A stretch of DNA of 43,073 bases. It comes from a bacterium. GTDB taxonomy: Bacteria > RBG-13-61-14 > DATKZS01. Positions 8,835 through 22,954 of this stretch are shown here, piece after piece (the stretch's first letter is position 1; every line of letters starts with the position of its first letter). The stretch covers positions 1 to 43,073 of the forward strand of contig DATKZS010000229.1 in NCBI GenBank assembly GCA_035527835.1, written 5' to 3'. The notes under the pieces are model-generated. The model worked only from the letters and a program-made list of their open reading frames with translations. It had not been told where the DNA came from and searched no databases. The position numbers were made by a program, and so were the translations under genes.

Positions 8835-10385
8835 ATGGGGCTGAACGTGGATGCGGTGGTGGTCGGCGCCGGCCTGGGCGGGCTGGCCGCGGCGGCCCGG
8901 CTTGCGCGGCACGGGCTTCGGGTGCTGGTGGCGGATGGGAACCCGCACCCGGGCGGCACGACCTCTTCATTCCAGCGGAGGGGCTTTTGGTTCCCGATGG
9001 GGCCGATGGGGTTCAGCTCGCCGGGCCTGGTGCGCGGGCTGTGGCGGGAGCTCACGGAGGAGGAGGACATCGAGCTGCAACCCATCCGCTACCGGGTCCG
9101 CGCGTTCGGCCTTGACGTGCCCATCTCGCTGCCGCTTGGCGAGCTGGCGCGCGCGCTGGCGGCGGCGGCGCCGGCGGAGGCGGCGGGGGTCGGGCGGTTT
9201 TTCGCGGAGATCGGGGAAGTGGTTGGCGCGCTCGGCGGCGCGGACGAGGCCCACGCCGGCGTCCTGGAAAGCGCGGCGGCCACGCCCGCCGGAGATTACC
9301 TGGAGTCAGTGGTCAAGGACGGCCGTCTGCGCCGCATCCTGGGGAGCATCGGGACCTCGGAGCCTTACTCGACGCTGGCGCTCTTGGCGGCGATGTGGAA
9401 CCTGGTCGCTAACGAGGGGATCTGGACGCCGCGGGCCGGGATGCGCTCGCTGGGGGAGGGGCTGGCCCGGACGGTGGAAGGGGACGGGACCGGACGGATC
9501 ATCCTGAACAGCGAGGTGGCCGAGATCAGGGTGAACCGCGGCAAGGTGAGCGGCGTGGCCCTGGCGGGCGGCGAGGTCATCAACGCGCCGGTGGTGATTT
9601 CCAATTCCGATTTCCGGGCGACGTTCCTTAAGCTGCTCGACACGGAGACGGTGCCGCCGGAGTGGATCGAGGCCGTGTTCAACGCGCGACTCACCAGCTC
9701 CAACCTGCAGGTGAGCCTGGGCCTCGACGCCGGCGTGGCTGACCTCTCCGCCTTCCGCGAGGCCCAGCGGATCATTTACCGGCGCGCGGACGCCGCGACG
9801 GAGATTGCTCCGGCCGGCCCGGACTGGCGGGCCCTGGAGATTGCCCCCGAGTCCCTGGCGGCCCAGGAGCTGGAGCTGTCGTTATGGAGCGCATGCGAGG
9901 GATCGGCGGCGCCGGCGGGCCATGCCGCGCTGGTGATCCGGACGGAGGCGGAGTATTCTCATTTCGCGCGGTATCGTCCGGCTCGGGGCAAGCGGCTCGG
10001 GCCTTATCATGAGTACAAGGTGCGGCTGGCGCGGGCGCTCACGCGGGAGGCGTCGCGGGTCGTGCCCGGCCTCATCGAGGCGATCGTGGTGATGGACGTG
10101 GCGACGCCACTGACGTTCGAGGAGCGGGGCGGCCGGAGCGGCGGCGCGGTTGCGGGCTGGTCGTGGGATTTCGAGGACAGCCGGGACGCGCGGCCGCGCG
10201 AGCTGATCCGGACGCCGGTGCGGGGCCTGTACATGGCGGGCTGCCAGGCGTTCTCGTCCCTGGTCATGGGCGGAGTGCCCACGGCCCTGGTCAGCGGCAA
10301 GCTCGCGGCCGAGTCCGCGCTGCGCGGAGACGGGCCGGTTGCGGAAGTGACGATCCCGGGAGCCGGTTCCGACAAATGGGAGTAA
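8835..10385 (+). CDS. Phytoene desaturase (CrtI)-family NAD(P)/FAD-dependent oxidoreductase
   Basis: N-terminal dinucleotide-binding motif DAVVVGAGLGGLAAAARLARHGLRVLVAD. 516 aa, CrtI/amine-oxidase-like length and C-terminal GG..MAG motif. Confidence 0.7.
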   Translation: MGLNVDAVVVGAGLGGLAAAARLARHGLRVLVADGNPHPGGTTSSFQRRGFWFPMGPMGFSSPGLVRGLWRELTEEEDIELQPIRYRVRAFGLDVPISLPLGELARALAAAAPAEAAGVGRFFAEIGEVVGALGGADEAHAGVLESAAATPAGDYLESVVKDGRLRRILGSIGTSEPYSTLALLAAMWNLVANEGIWTPRAGMRSLGEGLARTVEGDGTGRIILNSEVAEIRVNRGKVSGVALAGGEVINAPVVISNSDFRATFLKLLDTETVPPEWIEAVFNARLTSSNLQVSLGLDAGVADLSAFREAQRIIYRRADAATEIAPAGPDWRALEIAPESLAAQELELSLWSACEGSAAPAGHAALVIRTEAEYSHFARYRPARGKRLGPYHEYKVRLARALTREASRVVPGLIEAIVVMDVATPLTFEERGGRSGGAVAGWSWDFEDSRDARPRELIRTPVRGLYMAGCQAFSSLVMGGVPTALVSGKLAAESALRGDGPVAEVTIPGAGSDKWE

Positions 10386-10408
10386 ATCTTGTCCACAATA
10401 TGCACAAG

Positions 10409-10527
10409 AAAAACGCCAAGGCGCCAAGAACGCCAAGGACCGCCAAAAATGCTTGAATCGCCCGGAAGACGGATGGATATGGTATTAACAACATAATCCT
10501 TGGCGTTCTTGGCGCCTTGGCGTTTTT
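10409..10527. repeat. Long hairpin with perfect 31-bp inverted arms built from tandem 'gccaag' units (H2), ~57-nt loop
   Basis: aaaaacgccaaggcgccaagaacgccaagga ... tccttggcgttcttggcgccttggcgttttt are exact reverse complements. Intergenic between the CrtI-like gene and pepF. Confidence 0.7.
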
Positions 10528-10557
10528 CCGGTCTGCTTAGTTAGGAGCAAAAAGAGA

Positions 10558-12279
10558 ATGGTTAAAATCGGCAAGGAAGTTGTGGTCGAGTATGCGCGGG
10601 AGTTCGTGCCTGATGACATTGACCTGGGCGACGCCGGAGCGATCGAGGCGCTGTTCGACGCGCTGGAGCGGGAGAACCCGGCCAGCGGGCGCGAGGTGGA
10701 AGCGTGGCTCGGGAAATGGAGCGAGTTGAACGCGGCGGTCAGGGAGGAAGAGGCGGTGCGCTACATCCGCATGACCTGCCAGACCGACGACCCGGAGCGG
10801 GAGAAGGCGTTCCTGGAATTCGTGGAGAACGTGGCGCCGCGGCTGAAGCCCCGCCACCACCGGCTGGCCGAGAAGCTGCTCGCGTGCCCCGCGGTGAGCG
10901 ACCTGCCGGCGGAGCGGTACAAGGTGCTGCTGCGCGACCTGGAGAACGAGGTCCGGATTTTCCGGGAGGAGAACGTGCCGCTGCAGACGGAGGAGGAAAA
11001 GCTTTCGCAGCAATACCAGAAGCTCGCCGGCGCCATGACGGTGATGCACGAGGGCAAGGAGCGGACGCTGCAGCAGATGGCCAGGTACTTGGAGGTCCAG
11101 GACCGCGCGGTGCGCCGGGAGGCCTGGGAAAAGGTCACGGGCCGGCGGCTCCAGGACCGCGCGGAGATGGACCGTCTCTTTGTCGAGATGATGGCGCTCC
11201 GCCAGCGGATGGCGAAGAACGCGGGGTTCCAGAACTACCGCGACTACGCGCTCCGGCTGCGCGGCCGGTTCGATTACGGGGTGGCCGAGTGCGAGTCGTT
11301 CCATGATGCGGTGGAGAAGGCCGTGGTCCCGCTCTACCGCGAGTTCCAGGAGAAGCGGAGAAAACGGATGGGGCTTGACCGGCTCCGTCCGTGGGACCTG
11401 AAGCCGGACCCGCTGGGGCGGCCGCCGCTCAAGCCTTTCGAGAACGTGGACCAGTTGGTGGCGGGGTGCGGGAGAATTTTCGACGCGCTCGATCCGGAGC
11501 TGGGCCGGCGGTTCCGGTACCTGGCGGAGCATGAGCTTCTGGACCTGGGGAGCCGCAAGGGCAAGGCGCCGGGCGCGTACAGTCACCAGCTCGAGGAGGC
11601 GCGGTACCCGTTCATTTTCGCCAACGCGGTGGGAGTGGACCACGACGTGGAGACGCTGCTCCACGAGTGCGGCCACGCCTTCCATACCCTGGAATGCCGG
11701 GGCGAGCCGCTCTCGTTTTACCGGCACGCGCCGCTGGAGTTCGCGGAAGTGGCGTCCATGAGCATGGAGTTCCTGGGCAGCGACCATCTGAAGATGTTCT
11801 ATAATAAGGAGGACGTGGCGCGTTCCATCGAGTCACACCTGGAGAGCGTGATCTGGCTTTTCTGCTGGATCGCGACGGTGGACTCGTTCCAGCACTGGAT
11901 TTACACGCACCCGGGCCACGCGGACGATGAGCGCGCGGAGGCGTGGGTCCGGCTGCGCGGCCGCTTCGGGGGCATCGAGGACTGGTCGGGCTATGAAGAG
12001 GCGCGGCGCTTCGAGTGGCACCGCCAGCTCCACATCTTCGAGGTTCCGTTCTATTACATCGAGTACGGGATCGCGGAGCTGGGCGCGCTGCAGGTCTGGA
12101 TGCGGGCGAGGAAGGACCCGGCGGCCGCGCTCCGCGATTATCGCAAGGCGCTGGCGCTCGGCGGGACCAGGACGCTGCCCGAGCTGTTCTCGGCGGCGGG
12201 CGTGAAGTTCGACATGGGCCGGAAGACCATCGAGCCGCTTACGCGGGAGGTCAAGGCGGCGCTGGACCAGATGGGTTAA
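10558..12279 (+). CDS. pepF: M3B family oligoendopeptidase F
   Basis: Zinc-binding HECGHAFH (HExxH) motif. 573 aa, typical PepF length and architecture. Confidence 0.85.
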   Translation: MVKIGKEVVVEYAREFVPDDIDLGDAGAIEALFDALERENPASGREVEAWLGKWSELNAAVREEEAVRYIRMTCQTDDPEREKAFLEFVENVAPRLKPRHHRLAEKLLACPAVSDLPAERYKVLLRDLENEVRIFREENVPLQTEEEKLSQQYQKLAGAMTVMHEGKERTLQQMARYLEVQDRAVRREAWEKVTGRRLQDRAEMDRLFVEMMALRQRMAKNAGFQNYRDYALRLRGRFDYGVAECESFHDAVEKAVVPLYREFQEKRRKRMGLDRLRPWDLKPDPLGRPPLKPFENVDQLVAGCGRIFDALDPELGRRFRYLAEHELLDLGSRKGKAPGAYSHQLEEARYPFIFANAVGVDHDVETLLHECGHAFHTLECRGEPLSFYRHAPLEFAEVASMSMEFLGSDHLKMFYNKEDVARSIESHLESVIWLFCWIATVDSFQHWIYTHPGHADDERAEAWVRLRGRFGGIEDWSGYEEARRFEWHRQLHIFEVPFYYIEYGIAELGALQVWMRARKDPAAALRDYRKALALGGTRTLPELFSAAGVKFDMGRKTIEPLTREVKAALDQMG

Positions 12280-12303
12280 TACTGATGGGAGCCCGGAAGA
12301 GAG

Positions 12304-12416
12304 GTGGAGCCCGACACTCTTGTCGGGCGGCGTCGCCAAGGTCGAGGGGCGCGGGACAAGAGTGTCCCGCCCACCATAAGGTTGGCACTTGCGGGGACAG
12401 GAGTGTCCCCGCCACC
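12304..12416. repeat. REP-like compound palindrome, copy B (full unit 12304-12373 plus extra half-unit 12390-12416)
   Basis: ggtggagcccGACACTCTTGTCgggc...gcgGGACAAGAGTGTCCcgcccacc, then ggggacaggagtgtccccgccacc. Ends at the GH51 start codon. Confidence 0.6.
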
Positions 12417-14078
12417 ATGATGGAGGGGAGGATGGATAAAGCAAAGAAGATGGAACTGACGCGGCGCGGCTTTATTTCCGCGGGCGCGGTGATGGCCGCG
12501 GGCCCGCTGGTGATCGCGCCGCCGAAGACGGAAGCGGCGGCCGGCCCGGTGAGCGCGAGCGCCGTGATCGAGCGCGATCCGTTGCATGACCTGCCCCGCA
12601 CCCAGTACAGCCATTTCATCGAGCACCTCGGGGAATGCGTCAAGGGCGGCATCTGGGCGGAGGGCGAGAGCGATGACATGTTGCTGGGCGGGGTGCGGCA
12701 TGAGCTGGTGGATGCCATGCGCTCGGTGCGTCCGGCGCTGATCCGGTATCCGGGCGGCTGCTTCGCGGACGGGTATCACTGGCAGGACGGGATCGGTCCG
12801 CGCGGATCTCGGCCGCGGCGGCCGAACCAGGCCTGGGGCAAACTGGGGCCGCTGGTCGGACCCGAGGAGGACAACCACTTCGGCACGGACGAGTTCATGG
12901 CGCTGTGCCAGGCGGTGGGCGCGGGGCCGATGCTCACGGTGAACGTGGGCTCGGGCACGGCGGCGGAGGCCGCGGACTGGGTCGAGTATTGCAACGGTCC
13001 CGTGGACACCAGGTGGGGAGCGGAGCGGGCGAAGAACGGACATCCGGAGCCGTACCAGGTCAAGTACTGGTTCGTGGGCAACGAGATTTTCGGCTGGCAC
13101 GAGATCGGCCACCAGCCGCCGCCGGTGTACGTCAAGACCTTCCGCGCCTACTCCGAGGCCATGCGCGCGAAAGATCCCACGATCAAGCTGATCGCGGTGG
13201 GCGGGAACTTCTCCGGCATTACCGACGCCAATAAAATCATGCTCAGCGGCGCGGGCGACATCATGGATTATTTATCCATCCACCAGTACGTTCCGCCGGC
13301 GAACCTGGAAAACACCATCCGGTTCCAGACCCTGGGCCTGCAGCGCGCCCGCGGCAAGCACGTGTATTACGACGTCATGGGGACGCTCAAGCGGATGGAG
13401 GAGTTCATTCAGGAGAACGTGCGCGACGTCAACGCCTATTCGCCTTCCGGGAAAAAGGTCCCGCTCGCTTTTGACGAGTGGAACCTGTGGTTCAGCTTCG
13501 CGGCGGACGTGATCCGGGCCAACTATTGCCTGCGCGACGGGTTGTGGACCGCGGGCATGCTTAACCTGTTCCACCGCCACGCTCCGGAGTTGCCCATCGC
13601 CAACATCGCGCAGATGGTGAACTGCCTGGGCATCATCACCTCCACGAAAGAGGGGACGTTTTTAACGCCTTCCGCCCTGGCCTTCAAGCTCTACACGGAG
13701 CGCGCGGGCGAGTCGTTCCTGCCGAGCCGGGTGGAGTGCCCGCCGCTGCCGCACGTCTCGGAGCTCCCGGCCGTTGACCTCTCCGCCACCCGGAGCGGAG
13801 ACCGGCTCGCGCTGTTCCTGGTCAACCGGCATTACAGCTCCGAAGCAAGGGTCAGCGTCTCATTGGACGGGATGGACGCCGCGCCCGCGGCCGAGCGCCG
13901 GGAGATGGGCCACCGCAACCCGGCCCAGTACAACACGTTCAAAAAACCGGACGCGGTGCGGATCGAGTACGCGCCGGAGAGTTTGTCGGTGACCGCGACC
14001 AAGGGGGGCAGCGGGTTCGATCTCCGCCTCGCCCCGCACTCGCTGACCTGTATCGAGCTCCGGGTGAAGGACATATGA
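12417..14078 (+). CDS. GH51 alpha-L-arabinofuranosidase with twin-arginine (TAT) signal peptide
   Basis: TAT motif TRRGFISAG. Blocks RYPGGCFADGYHWQDGIGP, NHFGTDEFM and WFVGNEIFG (catalytic acid GNE) match GH51 AbfA. The listed ORF start at 12015 is an upstream artefact; start options are 12417, 12420 or 12432. Confidence 0.85.
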   Translation: MMEGRMDKAKKMELTRRGFISAGAVMAAGPLVIAPPKTEAAAGPVSASAVIERDPLHDLPRTQYSHFIEHLGECVKGGIWAEGESDDMLLGGVRHELVDAMRSVRPALIRYPGGCFADGYHWQDGIGPRGSRPRRPNQAWGKLGPLVGPEEDNHFGTDEFMALCQAVGAGPMLTVNVGSGTAAEAADWVEYCNGPVDTRWGAERAKNGHPEPYQVKYWFVGNEIFGWHEIGHQPPPVYVKTFRAYSEAMRAKDPTIKLIAVGGNFSGITDANKIMLSGAGDIMDYLSIHQYVPPANLENTIRFQTLGLQRARGKHVYYDVMGTLKRMEEFIQENVRDVNAYSPSGKKVPLAFDEWNLWFSFAADVIRANYCLRDGLWTAGMLNLFHRHAPELPIANIAQMVNCLGIITSTKEGTFLTPSALAFKLYTERAGESFLPSRVECPPLPHVSELPAVDLSATRSGDRLALFLVNRHYSSEARVSVSLDGMDAAPAAERREMGHRNPAQYNTFKKPDAVRIEYAPESLSVTATKGGSGFDLRLAPHSLTCIELRVKDI

Positions 14079-14100
14079 TGGGCGCGAAAAGGAATGACGG

Positions 14101-17871
<3,771 letters not shown>

Positions 17872-18003
17872 GTGCCCATGAGAGTGGGATGCAGCCTCCG
17901 GCTGGAGACTCTTCTTTTGGAGTGCGGACTTCGACGAGCTCAGTCGAGTCGCGGCACGACGCCGCTTTCATTGGGGCCGAGTGCGAGGGAAATATTTTTT
18001 CAA

Positions 18004-18075
18004 CTGCGGAGTCGCGGAGGCCGCGGAGAAGAAAATATCATAATAATCTTTCCGCGCGCTCCGCGACTCCGCGGT
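18004..18075. repeat. Long hairpin, 'gcggagtcgcggag' tandem-unit class (H3)
   Basis: ctgcggagtcgcggaggccgcggagaagaaa pairs with the reverse complement of tttccgcgcgctccgcgactccgcggt. Sits between the convergent kinase and SPFH gene ends. Confidence 0.55.
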
Positions 18076-18174
18076 AATATTCAGCGCTAATGGAGTTGCA
18101 AGGCCAATGAAAGCGCGGTCGTGCCCGCGCACTTCAAATGGACGGCCTCCCGCTTTATTCTTCGGGCGGGATTA

Positions 18175-19473
18175 TCATTGTCCTCCGGCCGGCCCGGGAG
18201 CGGGCGCGGGAGGATTGGCCGGCTGGTTCAGCGGTGCGGCGGTCTTATTGAGCTCGATGGCCTTGATCGCGCCGTAGTTCTGGATGAGCTCGTTCAAGTC
18301 GAGCACGTTCATGGCGCCCTGGCCGGGCACGATGATTATCTTTTTGCCCTGGATGGCCTGGGTGATGGCGAGGGACACCTGCTGGCTGCCGCCGGGTCCG
18401 GTGAGCGCGGCGGTCTGGGCGGCGATGCCGTCGGCCAGGGTGTTGTATTTGATTTCCTGGGCCTTGGCCTCCATGGTCTTGGCGGCGAGCTCGGCGTCGG
18501 CTTCCTGGGTGACCTTGCCGGCGCGGCCATTGGCCAGAGCGATCATGGAGTCGGCCTCGCCGCGGGCGTTGTTGATCTTGGTCTGCTTCTTTTGAACGGC
18601 TTCGAGTTGGCGGGAGATGTTCTCCTTGCGTCGCTCCTCGGCCACGCGCTTCTTGTTGAGCACGGCTTCATACTCGGGGTGGATGGCCACGGTGGGCGCG
18701 GACAAGGACACGATCTCCAGGCCGTAGTCGCCGAGCCTCTGGTTCAGCTCGTCAATGGCGCAGTTCATTTTCTCCTTGACCTCGGCGCCCGCTTCGGGGC
18801 CGGACTCCTGGATGACCTTTCCTTCCAGGGCCAAGGTGCGGTCCTCGGCGCGCAGGATCTGCTTGGAATCCAGGCCGCCGAGCCAGGAGCGGACGGCGCC
18901 GCGCACCATGGACTCGACGGTAAGGTCCAGCTCGTCGAGCCCGTTTTTCATTTCAAAGGTCTCGGCCACCAGGTATGCATCCTTGTCCTTGATGTGATAG
19001 CTCACGATGATGTCCACCCAGGCGTCGTTGCCGTCGGCGGTCTTGATGCGTACGCTCTGGTCCTTGGACGGGCGGACGTGCGTGACGATCTTGAATCTCT
19101 CCGTCCGCGCGGCCTGCTGCTCCACCTGCTTGAGCTGCTCCTCGGGGGATTGCGGCATCCGTGCCTGCTGCTCCTTGGCCGCGGCCTGTTCCCTGACCTT
19201 GCCCAGGGAACCGGTCTCGCGCAGGGCCTCCTCGGCTTCCTCCATCATCTTGAGGATGCGGTTGGTGCGGGGCAGCTTGTAGAATGTCACGGCCCAGGGC
19301 AAATAGCCCCAGTACCCGGTAGTCAAGGATTCATGTTGGATCCCGTTCACGAGGGGGACATTGATTACGCGCACGCCGACCTCGTTGGACTCGACCTTGG
19401 TGCAGGCGGCGGATGCGATCAGAATGAGCGCCAACAACAACGGCATGATCCGCTTCATGGCATTACCTTTCAT
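18175..19473 (-). CDS. SPFH/band-7 domain lipoprotein (HflC/prohibitin-like)
   Basis: Lipobox signal LIASAAC, then an SPFH domain and a long Ala/Gln/Glu-rich coiled-coil C-terminal region. 432 aa. Confidence 0.8.
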   Translation of the reverse strand: MKGNAMKRIMPLLLALILIASAACTKVESNEVGVRVINVPLVNGIQHESLTTGYWGYLPWAVTFYKLPRTNRILKMMEEAEEALRETGSLGKVREQAAAKEQQARMPQSPEEQLKQVEQQAARTERFKIVTHVRPSKDQSVRIKTADGNDAWVDIIVSYHIKDKDAYLVAETFEMKNGLDELDLTVESMVRGAVRSWLGGLDSKQILRAEDRTLALEGKVIQESGPEAGAEVKEKMNCAIDELNQRLGDYGLEIVSLSAPTVAIHPEYEAVLNKKRVAEERRKENISRQLEAVQKKQTKINNARGEADSMIALANGRAGKVTQEADAELAAKTMEAKAQEIKYNTLADGIAAQTAALTGPGGSQQVSLAITQAIQGKKIIIVPGQGAMNVLDLNELIQNYGAIKAIELNKTAAPLNQPANPPAPAPGPAGGQ

Positions 19474-20654
19474 GGCGCGGTCCCTCCTGACGGCGGCGCG
19501 AGCTTCTTGAGGGTCTGGTCGAGGTCCAGGGGATTGAGTCCGTCCGGCCCGGCCGGGAGGATGATGAGATCGAGCCCTTCCAGGGCCTTGGCGTATTCGA
19601 GGCCCACGTAGGTCCGGCCTCCGCTCCCGGTGAGCGCCCGGTTGATCTTGCCCTTGCCGGCGGCCTGGGCCTCGAGCACGAGCTTGTCGCCCAGCGCCAG
19701 CTTCTCGGTCTCATACTGCTTGGCCTCGGCGCCAATGCGGCGGGATTCCGCGGTGCCGCGCGCCAGCTCGTTCTCGTAGGCGGCGTCGGCCTCGGCCTCC
19801 AACTGCTGCAATTTCGCGTACTCTTCCGCCTCTTCCTTGACGGCGATCTGCATCTCGACCCGCTCGTTGGCGATGACCTTGCTGATGATACTGGCCTCGA
19901 TCTCGTCCTTGAACTTGAAGTCCCAGATGAGCACGGCGTCCACGGTGACGCCTCCGCCCTGCGACTCGAAAAAGATGTTCATCTGCTCCATGGCCTTGGC
20001 GGCCTGGGAGGAGCGGTCATAAAGATATTCCGCTGAAGGATAGAGGTCCTTTTGATATTCCGGGTCGGTCTTGCGCTTCCGGTAAACGGCCTGGCGTTTT
20101 TCCCGGGTCATGCTGTAGAACTGGTTGGCGGTCATGATCTCGCCCAGGTAGCCCTGTAAAATGTCCGGGCACTTGGCGGCGATGCCTTTCTGGCGGATGG
20201 CGGCGTCGTCGGAATAATGCGCCCGGAGCGTGTTGGCCTTGGGGCGGTTGACCCGATAGAGGATGGTGACGTAGACGTCAATCGAGTCCTGGTCCTTGGC
20301 GGTACGGACACTGAGGGGCGGCAGGTCGGGCGCGGGCATGCCGGGGAACGCGGGCGCCATCTCGAAGCGCTGCACCGCGCAGTTATACTTCCTGAACTCG
20401 TTGAGAAAAGGCGCCACCAGGTTCCAGCCCGGCTCCAGCTTATCGGCCGTGCCCTGAGCCTTGATCCCCGGGATGAGGATGTTCCAGTAGCGCACCCCCA
20501 CTTCCCACGAGTTCACCCGCTCCAGGCACCCGAAATAGACCACGATGAGGAGCGCGGCCAGGGCCAGGACCGCGCCCAGGGCGGTCTTGCCCAGGCAGCC
20601 CGGCCCGGTGCCCAGGTCTTCCCTTAAAACCTTGTCCTTGTCGTCCGCCGCCAT
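19470..20654 (-). CDS. SPFH/band-7 domain membrane protein (HflK-like)
   Basis: TM helix, then SPFH domain and coiled coil. Start chosen at the MAADDKDK ATG (20654), which has a GAGGTG RBS. The ORF track extends to 20774 with a low-complexity Pro/Ala N-terminus. The stop overlaps the downstream SPFH gene start. Confidence 0.7.
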   Translation of the reverse strand: MAADDKDKVLREDLGTGPGCLGKTALGAVLALAALLIVVYFGCLERVNSWEVGVRYWNILIPGIKAQGTADKLEPGWNLVAPFLNEFRKYNCAVQRFEMAPAFPGMPAPDLPPLSVRTAKDQDSIDVYVTILYRVNRPKANTLRAHYSDDAAIRQKGIAAKCPDILQGYLGEIMTANQFYSMTREKRQAVYRKRKTDPEYQKDLYPSAEYLYDRSSQAAKAMEQMNIFFESQGGGVTVDAVLIWDFKFKDEIEASIISKVIANERVEMQIAVKEEAEEYAKLQQLEAEADAAYENELARGTAESRRIGAEAKQYETEKLALGDKLVLEAQAAGKGKINRALTGSGGRTYVGLEYAKALEGLDLIILPAGPDGLNPLDLDQTLKKLAPPSGGTAP

Positions 20655-20795
20655 CAGCGTCACCTCTCGGCTAAATGTCCGCGGGGGCAACCCTCCGTGG
20701 TTGCCCGCATGGGGGGCAGGCACGGGCGCCGCCGGCCAAAGCGCTTTGGCGCCGGACGGGGCCTGCCCCTGCAACCTTGATTATCTTCGGCCGCC

Positions 20796-21554
20796 TCACT
20801 TCATCCTGTCCAGGAACGGCTTCATGAGCTCCAGGGGCAGGGGGAAGAGGATGGTCGAGTTGTTCTCCGTTGCGATCTCGGTGAGCGTCTGGAGGTAGCG
20901 GAGCTGGAGCGACATGGGCGCCTGCGACATCAGATCCGCGGCCAGTTTGAGTTTTTCCGCGGCCTGGAGCTCGCCCTCGGCGTGGATGACCTTGGCCCTT
21001 CTCTCGCGCTCGGCCTCGGCCTGCTTGGCCATGGCCCGCTGCATCTCCTGGGGCAGGTCCACGTGCTTGACCTCGACCTGGCTCACCTTGATGCCCCACG
21101 GGTCCGTGTGCCGGTCAAGGATCTCCTGGAGCCGATGGTTGATCTGGTCCCGCTGGGTGAGCAGGTCGTCGAGGGAGGACTGGCCGAGCACGGCGCGCAA
21201 CGTGGTCTGCGAGAGCTGGCTCGTGGCGTAAAGGTAGTTCTCGACCTGGATGATGGCCTTCAGCGGATCCACCACGCGGAAATAGACCACCGCGTTCACC
21301 TTGAGGGTGACGTTGTCCGAGGTGATCACGTCCTGCGGCGGCACGTCGTGGACCACGGTGCGCAGGCTCACCTTGGTGATCCGGTCAATCATCGGGATCA
21401 GCAGGATGAGGCCGGGGCCTTTGGGACGGCCCAGCACGCGGCCCAGCCGGAAGATCACGCCCCGCTCGTACTCGTTTAGAATCTTGACCATCATGATGAG
21501 CAGGACGAGGCCCACGATGATGATGAAAACCAATCCGCCACTAAATGCCTGCAT
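20796..21554 (-). CDS. Stomatin/prohibitin-family SPFH protein (QmcA/YbbK-like)
   Basis: N-terminal TM, then a highly conserved stomatin core ([14 protein letters not shown]...IPMIDRI...[12 protein letters not shown]). 252 aa. Confidence 0.85.
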   Translation of the reverse strand: MQAFSGGLVFIIIVGLVLLIMMVKILNEYERGVIFRLGRVLGRPKGPGLILLIPMIDRITKVSLRTVVHDVPPQDVITSDNVTLKVNAVVYFRVVDPLKAIIQVENYLYATSQLSQTTLRAVLGQSSLDDLLTQRDQINHRLQEILDRHTDPWGIKVSQVEVKHVDLPQEMQRAMAKQAEAERERRAKVIHAEGELQAAEKLKLAADLMSQAPMSLQLRYLQTLTEIATENNSTILFPLPLELMKPFLDRMK

Positions 21555-21628
21555 GGTTGTCCTCCTTATTTTCTACAAGTCCTTGTGGTTAAGCCGGAGT
21601 TGTTGCTTTGCCCTTGCCTTTATGCCCC

Positions 21629-22954
21629 TCACTGGCCGGCTGGCGTCGGACCCGCCTTCTCCACCCGGCACACGAGCTTATTCACGGACTTTATCATGAC
21701 TTTCTCCCCTTTGGCAACAGGGGAATCGGACTCGGCGTTCCAGTACTCGCCGTGGACGAAAATCTTGCCGCCTTCCGGGCCGATGTCGGTCTCGGCCATG
21801 GCGACTTCGCCGGCCATTTCCTCTCTGCCCGTCATCACCTTCTGGCGGTGGGCCTTGAGCACGGCGCCGCCGAAGACCAGCAGCACGGTGGTGACGAACG
21901 CGATGATGGGAAGGATCACGGACCATGACGGTGACACGTTGGGCACCTCCTCGGTGTGAAAGAGCATGAGCGAGCCGAAGATGAAGCAGACGACGGCGGC
22001 GGCGGTGAGCAGTCCGTGGCTCACGATGAACAGCTCCGCCACCAGGAGCCCGAAGGCGAGGAGGATCAAGAGGATGCCCATGTAGTTGACGGGGAGCTGG
22101 GGCGCGACCAGGAAGATCAGGATGCAGCAGGCGCCGAGCACTCCGGGCACGATCATGCCGGGGTTCTTGAACTCGATGGCGATGCCGAGAACGCCGAGCA
22201 GGAACAGGATGAGCAGGAAGTTCGGGTTGTTGAGGACGTGCTGAAGGCGCTGCGGCGTGGTCATCTCGGGGCGTTCGATCTCGGCGCCCTTGGTGTCGAG
22301 CTCCACCGTGCTTCCGGCCTTGAGGGTCACGACGCGGCCGGGCAGGAATTCATTGAGCAGGTCGTCGAGGTTTTCGGCCATTCCGTCCACCACCTTGAGC
22401 TTGACGGCCTCCTGGGCGGAGATGGACTGGCTCTCGGACACGGCCGTCTCGGCCCAGTCGGCGTTTCTGCCCCTCACCTCGCAGATCGAGCGCACCCAGG
22501 CCACCGTGTCGTTGGTGGCCTTTTCCATCATCACGTCCTCTTTCGGGATCGGCTCGTACTTGACTCCGAAGGGCATCATGACCGGATGGGCCGCGCCGAT
22601 GTTGCTCCCCGGCGCCATGACCGCGACGTGGCCGCCCAGGGTGACCATCATGCCGGCGGAGGTGGCGGAGGCGCCGGCGGGGGACACGTAGACCACCACC
22701 GGCACGTCGGAGTCGAGGAAGTCCTGCACGATCTGCTTGGTCGAGTCGAGCATCCCTCCCGGCGTGTCCAGCTCGATGATCAGGGCCTGGGAGCCGGTTT
22801 TTTTGGCGGTGTCCAGCGAGCTCTTCACGTACCCGCTCACGCTGTTGTCAATGATGCCGTCAATCTTGATGACCTGCACCGTCTTGGCGAGCGCGCCGTG
22901 GCAGAAAAGCAAGGCCATCAGGCCGGACAGCGCCGCGGTTCTCGCGCGCATCAT
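21629..22954 (-). CDS. NfeD-family membrane-bound serine protease (stomatin-operon partner; ClpP-like domain, TM segments, C-terminal OB-fold)
   Basis: Signal peptide, then a ClpP/SppA-like protease region (GGMLDST, VVYV..GASATSAGM), hydrophobic segments and a C-terminal beta domain. Immediately upstream of the stomatin gene. 441 aa. Confidence 0.85.
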   Translation of the reverse strand: MMRARTAALSGLMALLFCHGALAKTVQVIKIDGIIDNSVSGYVKSSLDTAKKTGSQALIIELDTPGGMLDSTKQIVQDFLDSDVPVVVYVSPAGASATSAGMMVTLGGHVAVMAPGSNIGAAHPVMMPFGVKYEPIPKEDVMMEKATNDTVAWVRSICEVRGRNADWAETAVSESQSISAQEAVKLKVVDGMAENLDDLLNEFLPGRVVTLKAGSTVELDTKGAEIERPEMTTPQRLQHVLNNPNFLLILFLLGVLGIAIEFKNPGMIVPGVLGACCILIFLVAPQLPVNYMGILLILLAFGLLVAELFIVSHGLLTAAAVVCFIFGSLMLFHTEEVPNVSPSWSVILPIIAFVTTVLLVFGGAVLKAHRQKVMTGREEMAGEVAMAETDIGPEGGKIFVHGEYWNAESDSPVAKGEKVMIKSVNKLVCRVEKAGPTPAGQ

